The notes under the pieces are model-generated. The model saw nothing but the letters and a program-made list of their open reading frames with translations. It had not been told where the DNA came from and searched no databases. Shown here piece after piece: positions 39,627 through 48,429 of a stretch of 64,000 bases of DNA (position 1 is the stretch's first letter; each line of letters starts with the position of its first letter). The stretch is from Acidimicrobiia bacterium (GTDB taxonomy: Bacteria > Actinomycetota > Acidimicrobiia > Spongiisociales > ZC4RG35): assembly GCA_965203555.1 (NCBI GenBank), contig CBDBCY010000004.1, forward strand, positions 2,400,001 to 2,464,000, read 5' to 3'. The position numbers and the translations under genes are program-made.

Positions 39627-42524
39627 ATGACAGCATGCATTGCTACGGAGGATGCGGATGAGTGCAAAGGTGAACCAGAGGTAGAGGATTTGGAGAGTGT
39701 AGGGGGTTCGAGTTTTTCAAGGCGGAAGAGGTCAGCGTCCGGGCGGGTGGCGTTCCTGGTGGGTGTCGCGGTGCTGTGCCTGTCGGCGGTTGTGCCTGTC
39801 GGTCTGCAGACACCCGTCCGGGCGTCCGGGGCGGCGGTTCGGGCTGTTACCGGAACGCCGGGCGCCGACGGGGTGGGTGACAGTTTCTTTCCCAAGCTGG
39901 GCAACGGCGGTTATGACGTAGCCCACTACCACATAGATATGGACATCGACATTTCCGACTTTTCGGTGGTGGCGGTCACCACCGTCACCGCCACCGCCAC
40001 CCAGGACCTGTCGGCGTTCAACTTAGACTTCAGCGGCTTGACCGTTAGCGCGGTGACCGTGGACGGCGCCGCGGCCGGGTTCTCCCGCAGCGGCACCGAG
40101 TTGACCGTCACCCCGTCCGCGCCCCTGGCTGATGAGAGCGAGTTCACCGTTGCGGTCAGCTATTCGGGAACGCCTTCTCCGACGCCCGACCCCGCCGCTA
40201 CTCACACCGACGGTGTCGGCTGGCAGACCCGCAGAGGCGCTTCCTATCCCTTGGGGGTTATCTTCGTCGCCAGTCAGCCGTCGGGGGCTATGACTTGGTT
40301 CCCGTGCAACAATCACCCGTCCGACAAGGCGACGTTCGAGTTCGAGATCACGGTTCCCGACACGGTTACGGCGGCTGCCACCGGAGTTCGCGAGAGCGAA
40401 GTCACCGCAGACGGCTTCACCACTTCCGTGTGGAAGATGGAGGATCCCATGGCCACCTACCTGGCGGCGGTGTATGTGGGCGACTTCCTGCGCCAGGAGG
40501 TCCGGGCCGGGGGCGATCCCCTGATTCGCAACTACGTTCACCGCGGCAAGTCGGCGCCGGGACTCTCCGTCGTGTCGGAGGCGCTGGCTCTTTTCGAGGG
40601 GATTCTGGGCGACTTTCCCTTCGACGTCTACGGGGGGATCGTCATGCCCTTCGACCTCGGATACGCCTTGGAGAACCAGACCCTGACTCTTTTCGGCGCC
40701 GATACCGTCGACGACGCTTTTATCGTGGCGCACGAACTGGCGCACGAGTGGTTCGGCAACTCCTCCTCGGTGGGGGACTGGAGCGATATCTGGCTGCACG
40801 AGGGCTTCGCCACATATTTGCACTACACGTACCTGGCCGAAAAACACAGCGTCAGTATGGATTTCTATATGGGCAGGAACAGGAACCTGGCCGTCAGAGC
40901 CAACGCGCAGCCGCCGAAAAAGATCTCCGTCTCCCAGATGTTCAACTGGTTTTCGGTGTATCTTCGCGGCGCTCTCACCTTGCACGCTCTGCACAGGGAG
41001 GTGGGTGACACGGTGTTCTTCCAAGTCCTCAGGGCCACGCACGATCGAACGGCGGGCGGCAACGTCAGCACGGAGAAGTTTCTGGGCATCGTGGAGGAAC
41101 TTGCCGACCGGAAGGCCGTGGCAGTGGTGAACAGTTGGCTCAACAGCGCCGCGGTCCCCAGGCTGAACGAGGCGCCCCGGTTCCCGGCTGCGGAGACGGG
41201 GCGGCGCGGCGTGGCCGAAGGGACCCCGGCGGGACGGGACATCGGAGTTCCCTTCACGGCTGTGGACCCCGACGAGGACGAACTGGTCTACACGGTATCG
41301 GGAAGGGACGCCGACCACTTCGAGTTCGACGCCGCGGCGGGGCAGTTGAGAACCAGGAACCCTCTCGACCACGAGCAGGATGCCAGCTACATGTTCATCG
41401 TCCGGGTCGCCGACCACAGGAACGACAGCAACCAGTACAACACGAGCATCGACGACACGATTACCGTCACCATCGATGTCATCAACGTCGAAGAGCCGGG
41501 TGTCATCGCTCTCTCCACGAAGGAACCGAGAGCGAATACCACCGTCAGAGCCGTCCTCGCCGATCCCGACGGTGGAATCTCGGGAGTCAGATGGAAGTGG
41601 GAGACTTCGGAAGACCCGAACGGGCCCTGGACCGAGATCACCGGCGCCTCCGGTAATGGGCACACACCGGCCGAACAGGATGTCGGCGGCTATCTTCGCG
41701 TGAGCGCCTCCTACACCGACCGGCATGGACCTGACAAGACGGCCGGTCCGGTCGCGAGCAACCGGATACTGCCCGCCAGAACCGGTGGAGGCGGGGGTGG
41801 CGGTAACGGGGGCGGTAACGGGGGTGGTGGTGGCGGTGGTGGCGGTGGCGGTGGTGGTGGTGGTGGCGGTGGTGGCGGTGGAGGCGTCGCCCCTGGAGAG
41901 GGCGGGGAGGAACCGCCGCCTCCCGCGTCGGAACTGTTCACCGACGTGGTCCCAGGGGTGTGGTACGAACCAGCCGTCACATGGATGATTCTCCACGAGA
42001 TCACCTCGGGCTGCGCCTCGGGGATGTTCTGCCCCGAAAGCGAACTTACCCGCCGGCAATTCGTCACATTCCTGTGGAGGGCCGCAGGTCGACCCGCCCC
42101 GACCTACAGAGGATCGGAGGCCTTCGCCGACGTAACAGAAGGCGAGTACGCCGACGAGGCCGTGGGCTGGGCGGTTTCCAACGGAGTCACGGTGGGATGC
42201 ACCGCCGGGAAGTTCGGCGATCCGGACTGGCGGTTCTGCCCCGCGGACCCGGTCACCCGAGGTCAGATGGCGACTCTCCTTTACCGACATGTGGATGCCG
42301 ACTATGAAGGAAGACCCCCTACCTACACGGATGTCGAACCCGGCAGGGTACACACCCGCGGCATCGTCTGGCTGACCGACTTCCAGGTAGTACCCGGGTG
42401 CGGGCCGAACCTGTTCTGCCCCGACCGCCACGCCGCCCGGGCAGAAGCAGCCTTGTTCATCAACGGGGTGGCCATCCGGCCGCACATCTGGGGCGAGGGC
42501 AACACCGCCCTGCTGCCGGACTGA
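39627..42524 (+). CDS. Surface M1 aminopeptidase - cadherin-like - Gly linker - 3x SLH
   Basis: GNGGYDV.HY, WFPCNNHPSDKA, YALEN, HELAHEW..18..HEGFATY; cadherin AVDPDED/LDHE/NVEEPG; SLH TRRQFVTFL, TRGQMATLL, RAEAALF. Confidence 0.88.
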   Translation: MTACIATEDADECKGEPEVEDLESVGGSSFSRRKRSASGRVAFLVGVAVLCLSAVVPVGLQTPVRASGAAVRAVTGTPGADGVGDSFFPKLGNGGYDVAHYHIDMDIDISDFSVVAVTTVTATATQDLSAFNLDFSGLTVSAVTVDGAAAGFSRSGTELTVTPSAPLADESEFTVAVSYSGTPSPTPDPAATHTDGVGWQTRRGASYPLGVIFVASQPSGAMTWFPCNNHPSDKATFEFEITVPDTVTAAATGVRESEVTADGFTTSVWKMEDPMATYLAAVYVGDFLRQEVRAGGDPLIRNYVHRGKSAPGLSVVSEALALFEGILGDFPFDVYGGIVMPFDLGYALENQTLTLFGADTVDDAFIVAHELAHEWFGNSSSVGDWSDIWLHEGFATYLHYTYLAEKHSVSMDFYMGRNRNLAVRANAQPPKKISVSQMFNWFSVYLRGALTLHALHREVGDTVFFQVLRATHDRTAGGNVSTEKFLGIVEELADRKAVAVVNSWLNSAAVPRLNEAPRFPAAETGRRGVAEGTPAGRDIGVPFTAVDPDEDELVYTVSGRDADHFEFDAAAGQLRTRNPLDHEQDASYMFIVRVADHRNDSNQYNTSIDDTITVTIDVINVEEPGVIALSTKEPRANTTVRAVLADPDGGISGVRWKWETSEDPNGPWTEITGASGNGHTPAEQDVGGYLRVSASYTDRHGPDKTAGPVASNRILPARTGGGGGGGNGGGNGGGGGGGGGGGGGGGGGGGGGGVAPGEGGEEPPPPASELFTDVVPGVWYEPAVTWMILHEITSGCASGMFCPESELTRRQFVTFLWRAAGRPAPTYRGSEAFADVTEGEYADEAVGWAVSNGVTVGCTAGKFGDPDWRFCPADPVTRGQMATLLYRHVDADYEGRPPTYTDVEPGRVHTRGIVWLTDFQVVPGCGPNLFCPDRHAARAEAALFINGVAIRPHIWGEGNTALLPD
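41784..41885 (+). repeat. (GGN)n poly-glycine linker, 34 codons
   Basis: Read directly. Confidence 0.9.
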
Positions 42525-42759
42525 GACCCCGACGGGTTGCACCTCGATCGTTTGCGCAAACCGAAGAGGCAACGCTGTCGCGATCAGCCATGAGGAAAGC
42601 CCTTTGATTGCCCGGCGGCCCCGGGGACTTCAACTCAACGGGCGAAACGCCCTCTCTCCTCCCGCCGCCCCGTCTTGTGCGGGTCGATCTCCCTCCTCGG
42701 GGGTTGCCGTTCGACCAAGCGGTCCCGGCTCTCGAGTCTGCGGCCGGTGCTGATGGTGA

Positions 42760-43290
42760 GTCACTCAGGGATGTTCTCCGACTCTGTTTTGTCCGGATGA
42801 GAAACTGACCCGTCAGCAGTTCGTGACGTTTTTGTGGAGAGCGGCCGGTAAACCCGCCGGTGAGTACACGGGATTCGAAGCGTTCTCCGATGTCGAGGAG
42901 GGGGTGTATTCGGACCGGGCGATCGGGTGGGCGGTGGCAGAGGAGATCACCTTGGGATGCACACAGGGGTCTTTCGGTACCGAGGACTGGAGGTTCTGTC
43001 CCCAACAGCCGGTCACCCGCGGTCAGATGGCTACTCTGTTGTACCGGCACACCGAAGCCGACTACGTTGGCGCTCCGCCTTCCTATACCGATGTGGCGCC
43101 CGACAGTTTCTACACGCCCGGTGTGTCCTGGTCGACCGATTTCGAAGTGGTGCCCGGTTGCGGTCCCGACGTGTTCTGCCCGGACCGGCCCGCCACCCGC
43201 GCCGAGGCGGCCCTGTTCATCAACGGAGTGGCCATCCGCCCCCACATCTGGGGCGAAGGAAACACCAGCTTCATACCCCAGCCACAATAA
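42760..43290 (+). pseudogene. Orphan SLH C-terminal cassette with no 5' part; near-identical copy of 53726-54246
   Basis: Starts mid-SLH (TQGCSPTLFCPDEKLTRQQF) with no signal peptide; tracks the 53726-54246 copy with scattered substitutions. Confidence 0.85.
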
Positions 43291-43453
43291 AGCCGCCTAA
43301 ACCTTGGAAAAGGTTCGACCCACTGCCTGTTACTGCCCGCGGAGCATCACACGAACGTTCGTGATCTTCTGAAAATCCGGTAGGTTGGCTACGCCCTGTG
43401 TGGTGCGGCCGGGCCGATACCATTGGGTGCAGAATGCTCGGAAGGACCGCCGC

Positions 43454-44128
43454 GTGATCCGTACCCTCTTCGCTGTGACATCTGTTGTCCTGGTGGTTGC
43501 CGCCTGCGCCGGAGACGACCGCAATGCCGAGGTGGACGCCTCCTCCGCCGCGCCGTCCACCGCCACGACATCGACGGCGGCGAAAAGCCCCTCGACGCCG
43601 TCCACCACGACCACCATCGTTCAGCCCGCAGAACCCTCCACCACCACCTCCAAAGTGATCGAAGAAAGCCCCGCACCCACCACGACCACCACGACTGCAA
43701 CCACTGCCTTCGAGATATCCGACGACGTGCCCGACATCGAGATGTTCGACGTTGCCACCGGCTCGCTGGTCAGCCTGCGGTCGGTGGTGAAGGGGGAGAA
43801 GCCGCTGATGTTCTGGTTTTGGTCCCCTTTCTGAGAGACGTGCCAGGAGGAAGCTCCGGCCATCGAGCAGTTCGCTCGGGAAAATGCCCACCGCCTCACC
43901 GTGGTCGGTGTCGGCGCCATCGGCACACTGGAGGTCGCCCAGGAGTTGGTGGCCTCCAAGGGTGTCACCTTCACGGCGCTGTGGAGCGACTCACGCGACG
44001 CCTGGGATCATTACGACATGGACAGCACCTCCGATTTCCTGCTTCTGGACCGCTTCGGCGCCCGGCTCACCGAGGCGGCGCCCTACGACTCGGACCTCGT
44101 GGAGGAACTGCTGGACGAGTTGTTCTGA
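43454..44128 (+). CDS. Lipoprotein TlpA/redoxin-family thiol-disulfide oxidoreductase with in-frame TGA at the catalytic position (candidate selenoprotein, UETC)
   Basis: GAAGGA RBS, lipobox VVAAC, Thr-rich linker, FWFWSPF-TGA(43832)-ETC..EAP; same frame continues to 44128. Confidence 0.8.
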
Positions 44129-44186
44129 TGTCGATCACCCGGCCCGGGGCGTGACCGCGTGACTATTCTCTTGCCAGTATTCACCG

Positions 44187-45293
44187 ATGAACAAATGTGA
44201 CCGTATCCGACCCGGCCCGCGGAAGCGGGGGAGACGTCGCCGTCGGTCGGGGGCGCCGCTGATGACGGTGGTGGTATTGCTGGCGGCGGCGGTCGCCACG
44301 GCGCCTGTGAGTGCCGCCGAGGGGTTCTCCGACGTGGACTCCGGCAATGTGCACGCACCGGCTGTCACGGCCTTGGCCGAGCGGGGAGTGTTCGCGGGCA
44401 CCGAATGCGGCGACGGCCTGTTCTGCCCCGACGACCCGATCGAGCGGTCGGTGATGGCGGTGTGGCTGATCCGGGCGCTGGGCGCCAGCCCGGATGCCGA
44501 CTCGTCCCGCTTCGCCGACGTGGAAGCCTCGGAGTGGTGGTCGCCCTTCGCCGAGGAACTGGCCGACCGCGGGATCACCAGGGGGTGCGCGACCGGCCCT
44601 CTCCGCTACTGCCCGGACAGTCCGGTCACCCGCGCCCAGATGGCCAGCTTCCTGGTGCGGGCCTTCGAACTGGAAAGCGCCGGGGCGGCCGGATTCGCCG
44701 ACACGGAAGGCAGCGGTCACCGACAGGATATCGACGCCCTGGCCGCGGCGGGGATCACCAGGGGGTGCGCGACCGGTCCCCTCCGTTACTGTCCGGACAG
44801 TGCGGTCACCCGCGCCCAGATGGCCACCTTCCTGCATCGGGCGCTGCTCCGACAGGAGCAGACGACCCCGATCAGCGACGACGTACCCGACGTGGACCTC
44901 ACCGACCTGTCCACCGCAGACACTGTCAACCTCCGGTCCCTCGTAACCGGCGACAAGGCGGTGCTGCTCTGGTTCTGGGCCGAGTGGTGACCGAGGTGCC
45001 GGGGCCATGCCCCCGAAGTCGAGCAGTTCGCTCGGGACAACGCCGACAGAGTCACCGTGATAGGTATCACCCCCGCAAACTGGGGAAGCACCAGAGCAGC
45101 CGAAGCCTTCGTGGCCCGCTATCGCCTGACCTTCGTCAATCTGTGGGACAACTCCGACGCCGCCTGGCGACACTACGGCAGCCCGTACACCTCCCAGTTC
45201 TGGTTGTTGGACCACAACGGCGACCGGATCGGTGACCGTGCCCGTGTTTTTTCAGCCTCCACGGTCCGGGGACTGTTGCGCTCCTTGGAGTGA
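44187..45293 (+). CDS. 3x SLH - redoxin fusion with in-frame TGA at the catalytic position (candidate selenoprotein, UPRC)
   Basis: Signal peptide, three SLH repeats, LWFWAEW-TGA(44988)-PRC..HAP; same frame continues to 45293. Confidence 0.8.
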
Positions 45294-45766
45294 TGATCAG
45301 CATATCGGAAGCCGGCCACTGCCGGCCGGTCGCCGACGCCGCACACTCCGTCCCATAGTCGCCACGCGGACCACACCCTGCTCTGGCATATCGAAGAACC
45401 GGGTCGCGAAACAAAGGGGACGGTGGGGGTTGACTCTGTCACAGGTCCCATGGCACATTGAGAGGGTCGAAACACCTCCCGGTCCGTTCCGACGTCGCAC
45501 GGGCCGCACAGGCGCTTCTGTGGACAGAGGGGTCATATTTCTTTCGGACGCGGGTCTCCCGGCGGGACCGGTCGGTTCGCGCTCGGTCCCTGGTTGGTTG
45601 GCGGCGGGGGAGGGCCCGAAGAGAGAAAAGACGGCCCGGGTTTTCGCGGGATAGGGGTTGGTTTCGCGGTCTCGCTCTGATCGGGAGCGACCTATCCGAC
45701 TCTTGTGGTCAGGCGATGGCGCGTAAATGCGAAAGCGCAGGTCACAGGCCTGCATGGAAAGGGCTT

Positions 45767-45821
45767 TGCCACGGTCTAAGCCCGAATCTGCCACGGTCTG
45801 AGCGCAAATCTGCCACGGTCT
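45767..45821 (+). repeat. Three copies of TGCCACGGTCT at exact 22-bp spacing
   Basis: Copies at 45767, 45789 and 45811. Confidence 0.85.
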
Positions 45822-46103
45822 TGATCCCCCCTCACCAGCACCTCACCGCCGCTCGGGCATTGAGGATGCTCAACCATCCGCCGGGTGGAACTGAAGCCAA
45901 CCAGCACCAGATCACCCTCACCACCCGACGCACGCCCCTCCAAGCCCGGATACTCGCCGCTATCGGAGTCAACACCCGCACCTGGGACAAAGCCACCATC
46001 GCCTAATCCCCATCGGCTCCAAAAATCCCGAATGTAGTGGAAATACCCTTCACGCGTATGCCCTCTGACCTGGGAAAACACCAAACCACCCGCCAAATTC
46101 GGG
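45781..46103 (+). mobile_element. Probable IS1634-like transposase 3' remnant with right end
   Basis: Frameshifted tail HLTAARALRML..IRRVEL..QITLTTRRTPLQARILAAIGVNTRTWDKATIA*; ends ...CGCCAAATTCGGG (46103), imperfectly complementary to CCCGAATCTGCCA (45781). Confidence 0.45.
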
Positions 46104-46221
46104 TCTGGGTTACGCAACCGACCGCGGCAGATGTAACGGCCGCGTGGATGGACTGGGAAGAAGCAACCCGTTTCTGTCACGGTTATGAAACAGAAACGAG
46201 CCGTTGGTCAGCCCGGCTTTG

Positions 46222-46557
46222 TCAGTACAGTTCGTAAATGTATCGCCGGGGGTCCCGGTCAAACTCAACCAAGGAGGCGTACTGGTTGATCAATGCATCC
46301 GCGATGACCCGATTGGGAGCGTTCTTGATCTGCACCCATATCAATTTCGGTGGACACCCGAGGGTTTTGCTGATGGGCACAAATCGCTGTCCTTGGATGT
46401 GACAACAAAATCGAACCTTCTGGCGTGTAGCCATATATCCTCATCAGGGCATCTCTCTCCCAACCCCCTCGAGAAGGACATGACTGGACCCAGGGTAGAG
46501 GTGTCCTACCATCCCGACCAGTTTCCGGGAGAGGTTCTGGTCAAAAAGCAGTCTCAT
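46222..46557 (-). pseudogene. DUF5615/VapC45-like PIN toxin, multiply frameshifted
   Basis: MRLLFDQNLS..., DEDIWLHA....FVVTSKDSD, G.PPKLIW....N pieces lie in different frames. Confidence 0.8.
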
Positions 46558-46781
46558 TTGTGGGGAGGAACCCTCGGGATAACAGTTTCGTCGCTCACGT
46601 AGTCGTAACAGGCCAAGATGTCGTCCATGCTAAGTTCTGGGAAGTCGCTGAGCAGTTCCTCGTGGGTCATACCACCAGCGAGGTTTTCGAATATGTCAAA
46701 CACGGTCATTCGGCTGTCGCGAATGCAGGGTTTCCCTGACCGTCGGCGCGGGTCAAAGGTGATGATGTCTTCGTGATTCAC
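46554..46781 (-). CDS. DUF433 family antitoxin
   Basis: ITFDP..RSGKPCIRDSRMTV..I...LAGGMT.EE.L.DFPELS.DDI.A; overlaps toxin start (ATGA). Confidence 0.9.
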   Translation of the reverse strand: MNHEDIITFDPRRRSGKPCIRDSRMTVFDIFENLAGGMTHEELLSDFPELSMDDILACYDYVSDETVIPRVPPHK

Positions 46782-47311
46782 AACCCTATATGCCACTTGT
46801 CCCTCCGACGCTCCTCGGCCCAAATCAATAATAGGACGAAGTGGCCGTTCCCCGGCTCGTCCACGTTGGTGATGCTCAGCGTTACGCCGATCGAATCCGC
46901 GGCTCCGGAGGGGTCGGCCGCGGTGATGGTAAAACGGTACGTGCTCTTTGCCTCGTGGTTCAGAGCGGACCTGGTCTGAAGTTGGCCCGTTGCCGCCACC
47001 ACCGCGAAGGCGCCGGCGTCGGCGCCGCTGATCCGGTATGTCAAGGGATCGTTGTCAGCGTCCTGCGCCCCGACCGCAGCGCCGATGTTCACACCGGGCC
47101 CGGTGTTCTCCGCCACGCTCCTGGCGCCCGACTCGGTGGACGGGAACACAGGGGCTTGGTTGGTCTGGGCCAGTGACGCCGAGGTCGCACCGAACATGGT
47201 GGCGGGCAAGGCGCAGAGAGCCAGGACGACAGCCCACCGGGGAAACGCCGGCGGGCCTCGACCTGCGGGTGTCCGCGAGCCGGCATGGATGGACGACTCG
47301 CCTCTATTCAC
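46778..47311 (-). pseudogene. Truncated surface protein: signal peptide plus one cadherin-like domain only
   Basis: Signal ..ASLA-Q, NQAPVF, RSVAENT, DADNDPLTY, LNHE, NVDEPG, then similarity stops near 46850 at the TA module. Confidence 0.7.
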
Positions 47312-47609
47312 CTGCCTGCAGGCTCCCTGTTAGTCGATTTCGCGGCGGTCCTCATCCGTCGATTTAGTTTCTGTACGCCTGCATCCCCTTGTGCATATCT
47401 ATCTAAGCCATGATCTTATACTGTCGGTTTGTATGGTTTCTGTGCGCGACTCTGCGACGGGGGGGATCGGTGGGAGGTGATTTCGGCGGTTCGGTCAGGG
47501 GCGAGCGTTTGAGGGTGGGCAGGGGACTTGTGGTTTGGGCCGCCTTGCTGTTCGAACGCGTGTCACGTCCTCGAGACCGCGGTGGCTTTACGGTTCGAGG
47601 GGTCGCTCG

Positions 47610-48419
47610 GTGACGAGGCGCTCTCTTGTGCGGATCGGCGTCGGCGCCACGCTGTTGGTCTTCCTGTTGGGCGGCGCTTCTTGGTGGTTCTCGGCCTCGC
47701 AGAAGTCGGGGCGGTCGACGGGTGGTGTGTCGGTGTCGGCCGATGCGGCGGCGGGGACGGCGGCGTCTGTTTCCTTCGAGTCGGCCGGGGTGCCCGAGAT
47801 CGAGCCGCTGATTGTGGCGGGCGACCTGGACGACGCATCGGCCGCGTTGCAGGAGGGTGAGAGAGCGGTGTTGCAGGTGGGTGAGAAAGTCGATCCCGGC
47901 GTTGATGAAGAGGGAGAGAAAGAGGCGCCGGCGCCGGTGGAGCCGGGACCGGCGTCGGGGGAGTCCTATACGTGGCATGACGGTGACCGCGCCCTGGTGG
48001 TGCGGTTGCAGCCCGACTTGGTGGTCCGGTCCGAGGGCGAGGGTATTTCCCGGGATGACATCGTGCCGGTCGGCGACCAGGGTGACTTCGCGGCGGTGCA
48101 GGGCGAGGCCGATGGCGTTGAGGTGGAGCCCCGCAAGGACCGGCCGGTGTTTCGTTCCGACGAGGGCGAGTTGATGGCGTTGCCGGGCGGTGTGGTGCTG
48201 GTGCTCGACCCCGGTTGGGACGAGGCGGCGGTGGACGCGTTTTTCGAGCGCAACGGCATCGCGTCTCGCCGCACGACGGCTCTCGATTACGTGACGAACG
48301 GGTTCTTCATCGAGACCGAGCCTGGTTTCGCGTCGTTGAACCTGGCGAACGCGCTGGTCGGCCAGGACGGTGTGGTGTTGTCCAGCCCGAATTGGTGGAA
48401 AGAAGTCGTCGCCGATTAG
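47610..48419 (+). CDS. Secreted hypothetical protein; C-terminal domain resembles a subtilase propeptide/external chaperone
   Basis: N-terminal TM; PVFRSDEGELMALPGGVVLVLDP.WD...V..F ... LANAL..QDGV..SSPNWW; 10 bp upstream of the S8 gene. Confidence 0.6.
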   Translation: MTRRSLVRIGVGATLLVFLLGGASWWFSASQKSGRSTGGVSVSADAAAGTAASVSFESAGVPEIEPLIVAGDLDDASAALQEGERAVLQVGEKVDPGVDEEGEKEAPAPVEPGPASGESYTWHDGDRALVVRLQPDLVVRSEGEGISRDDIVPVGDQGDFAAVQGEADGVEVEPRKDRPVFRSDEGELMALPGGVVLVLDPGWDEAAVDAFFERNGIASRRTTALDYVTNGFFIETEPGFASLNLANALVGQDGVVLSSPNWWKEVVAD

Positions 48420-48429
48420 GCCGGCCTCT

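Noticed and set aside
43835-44128. ORFs 43901-44128 and 45057-45293 as independent small genes
   Set aside because: In-frame C-terminal halves of the redoxin domains after the TGA
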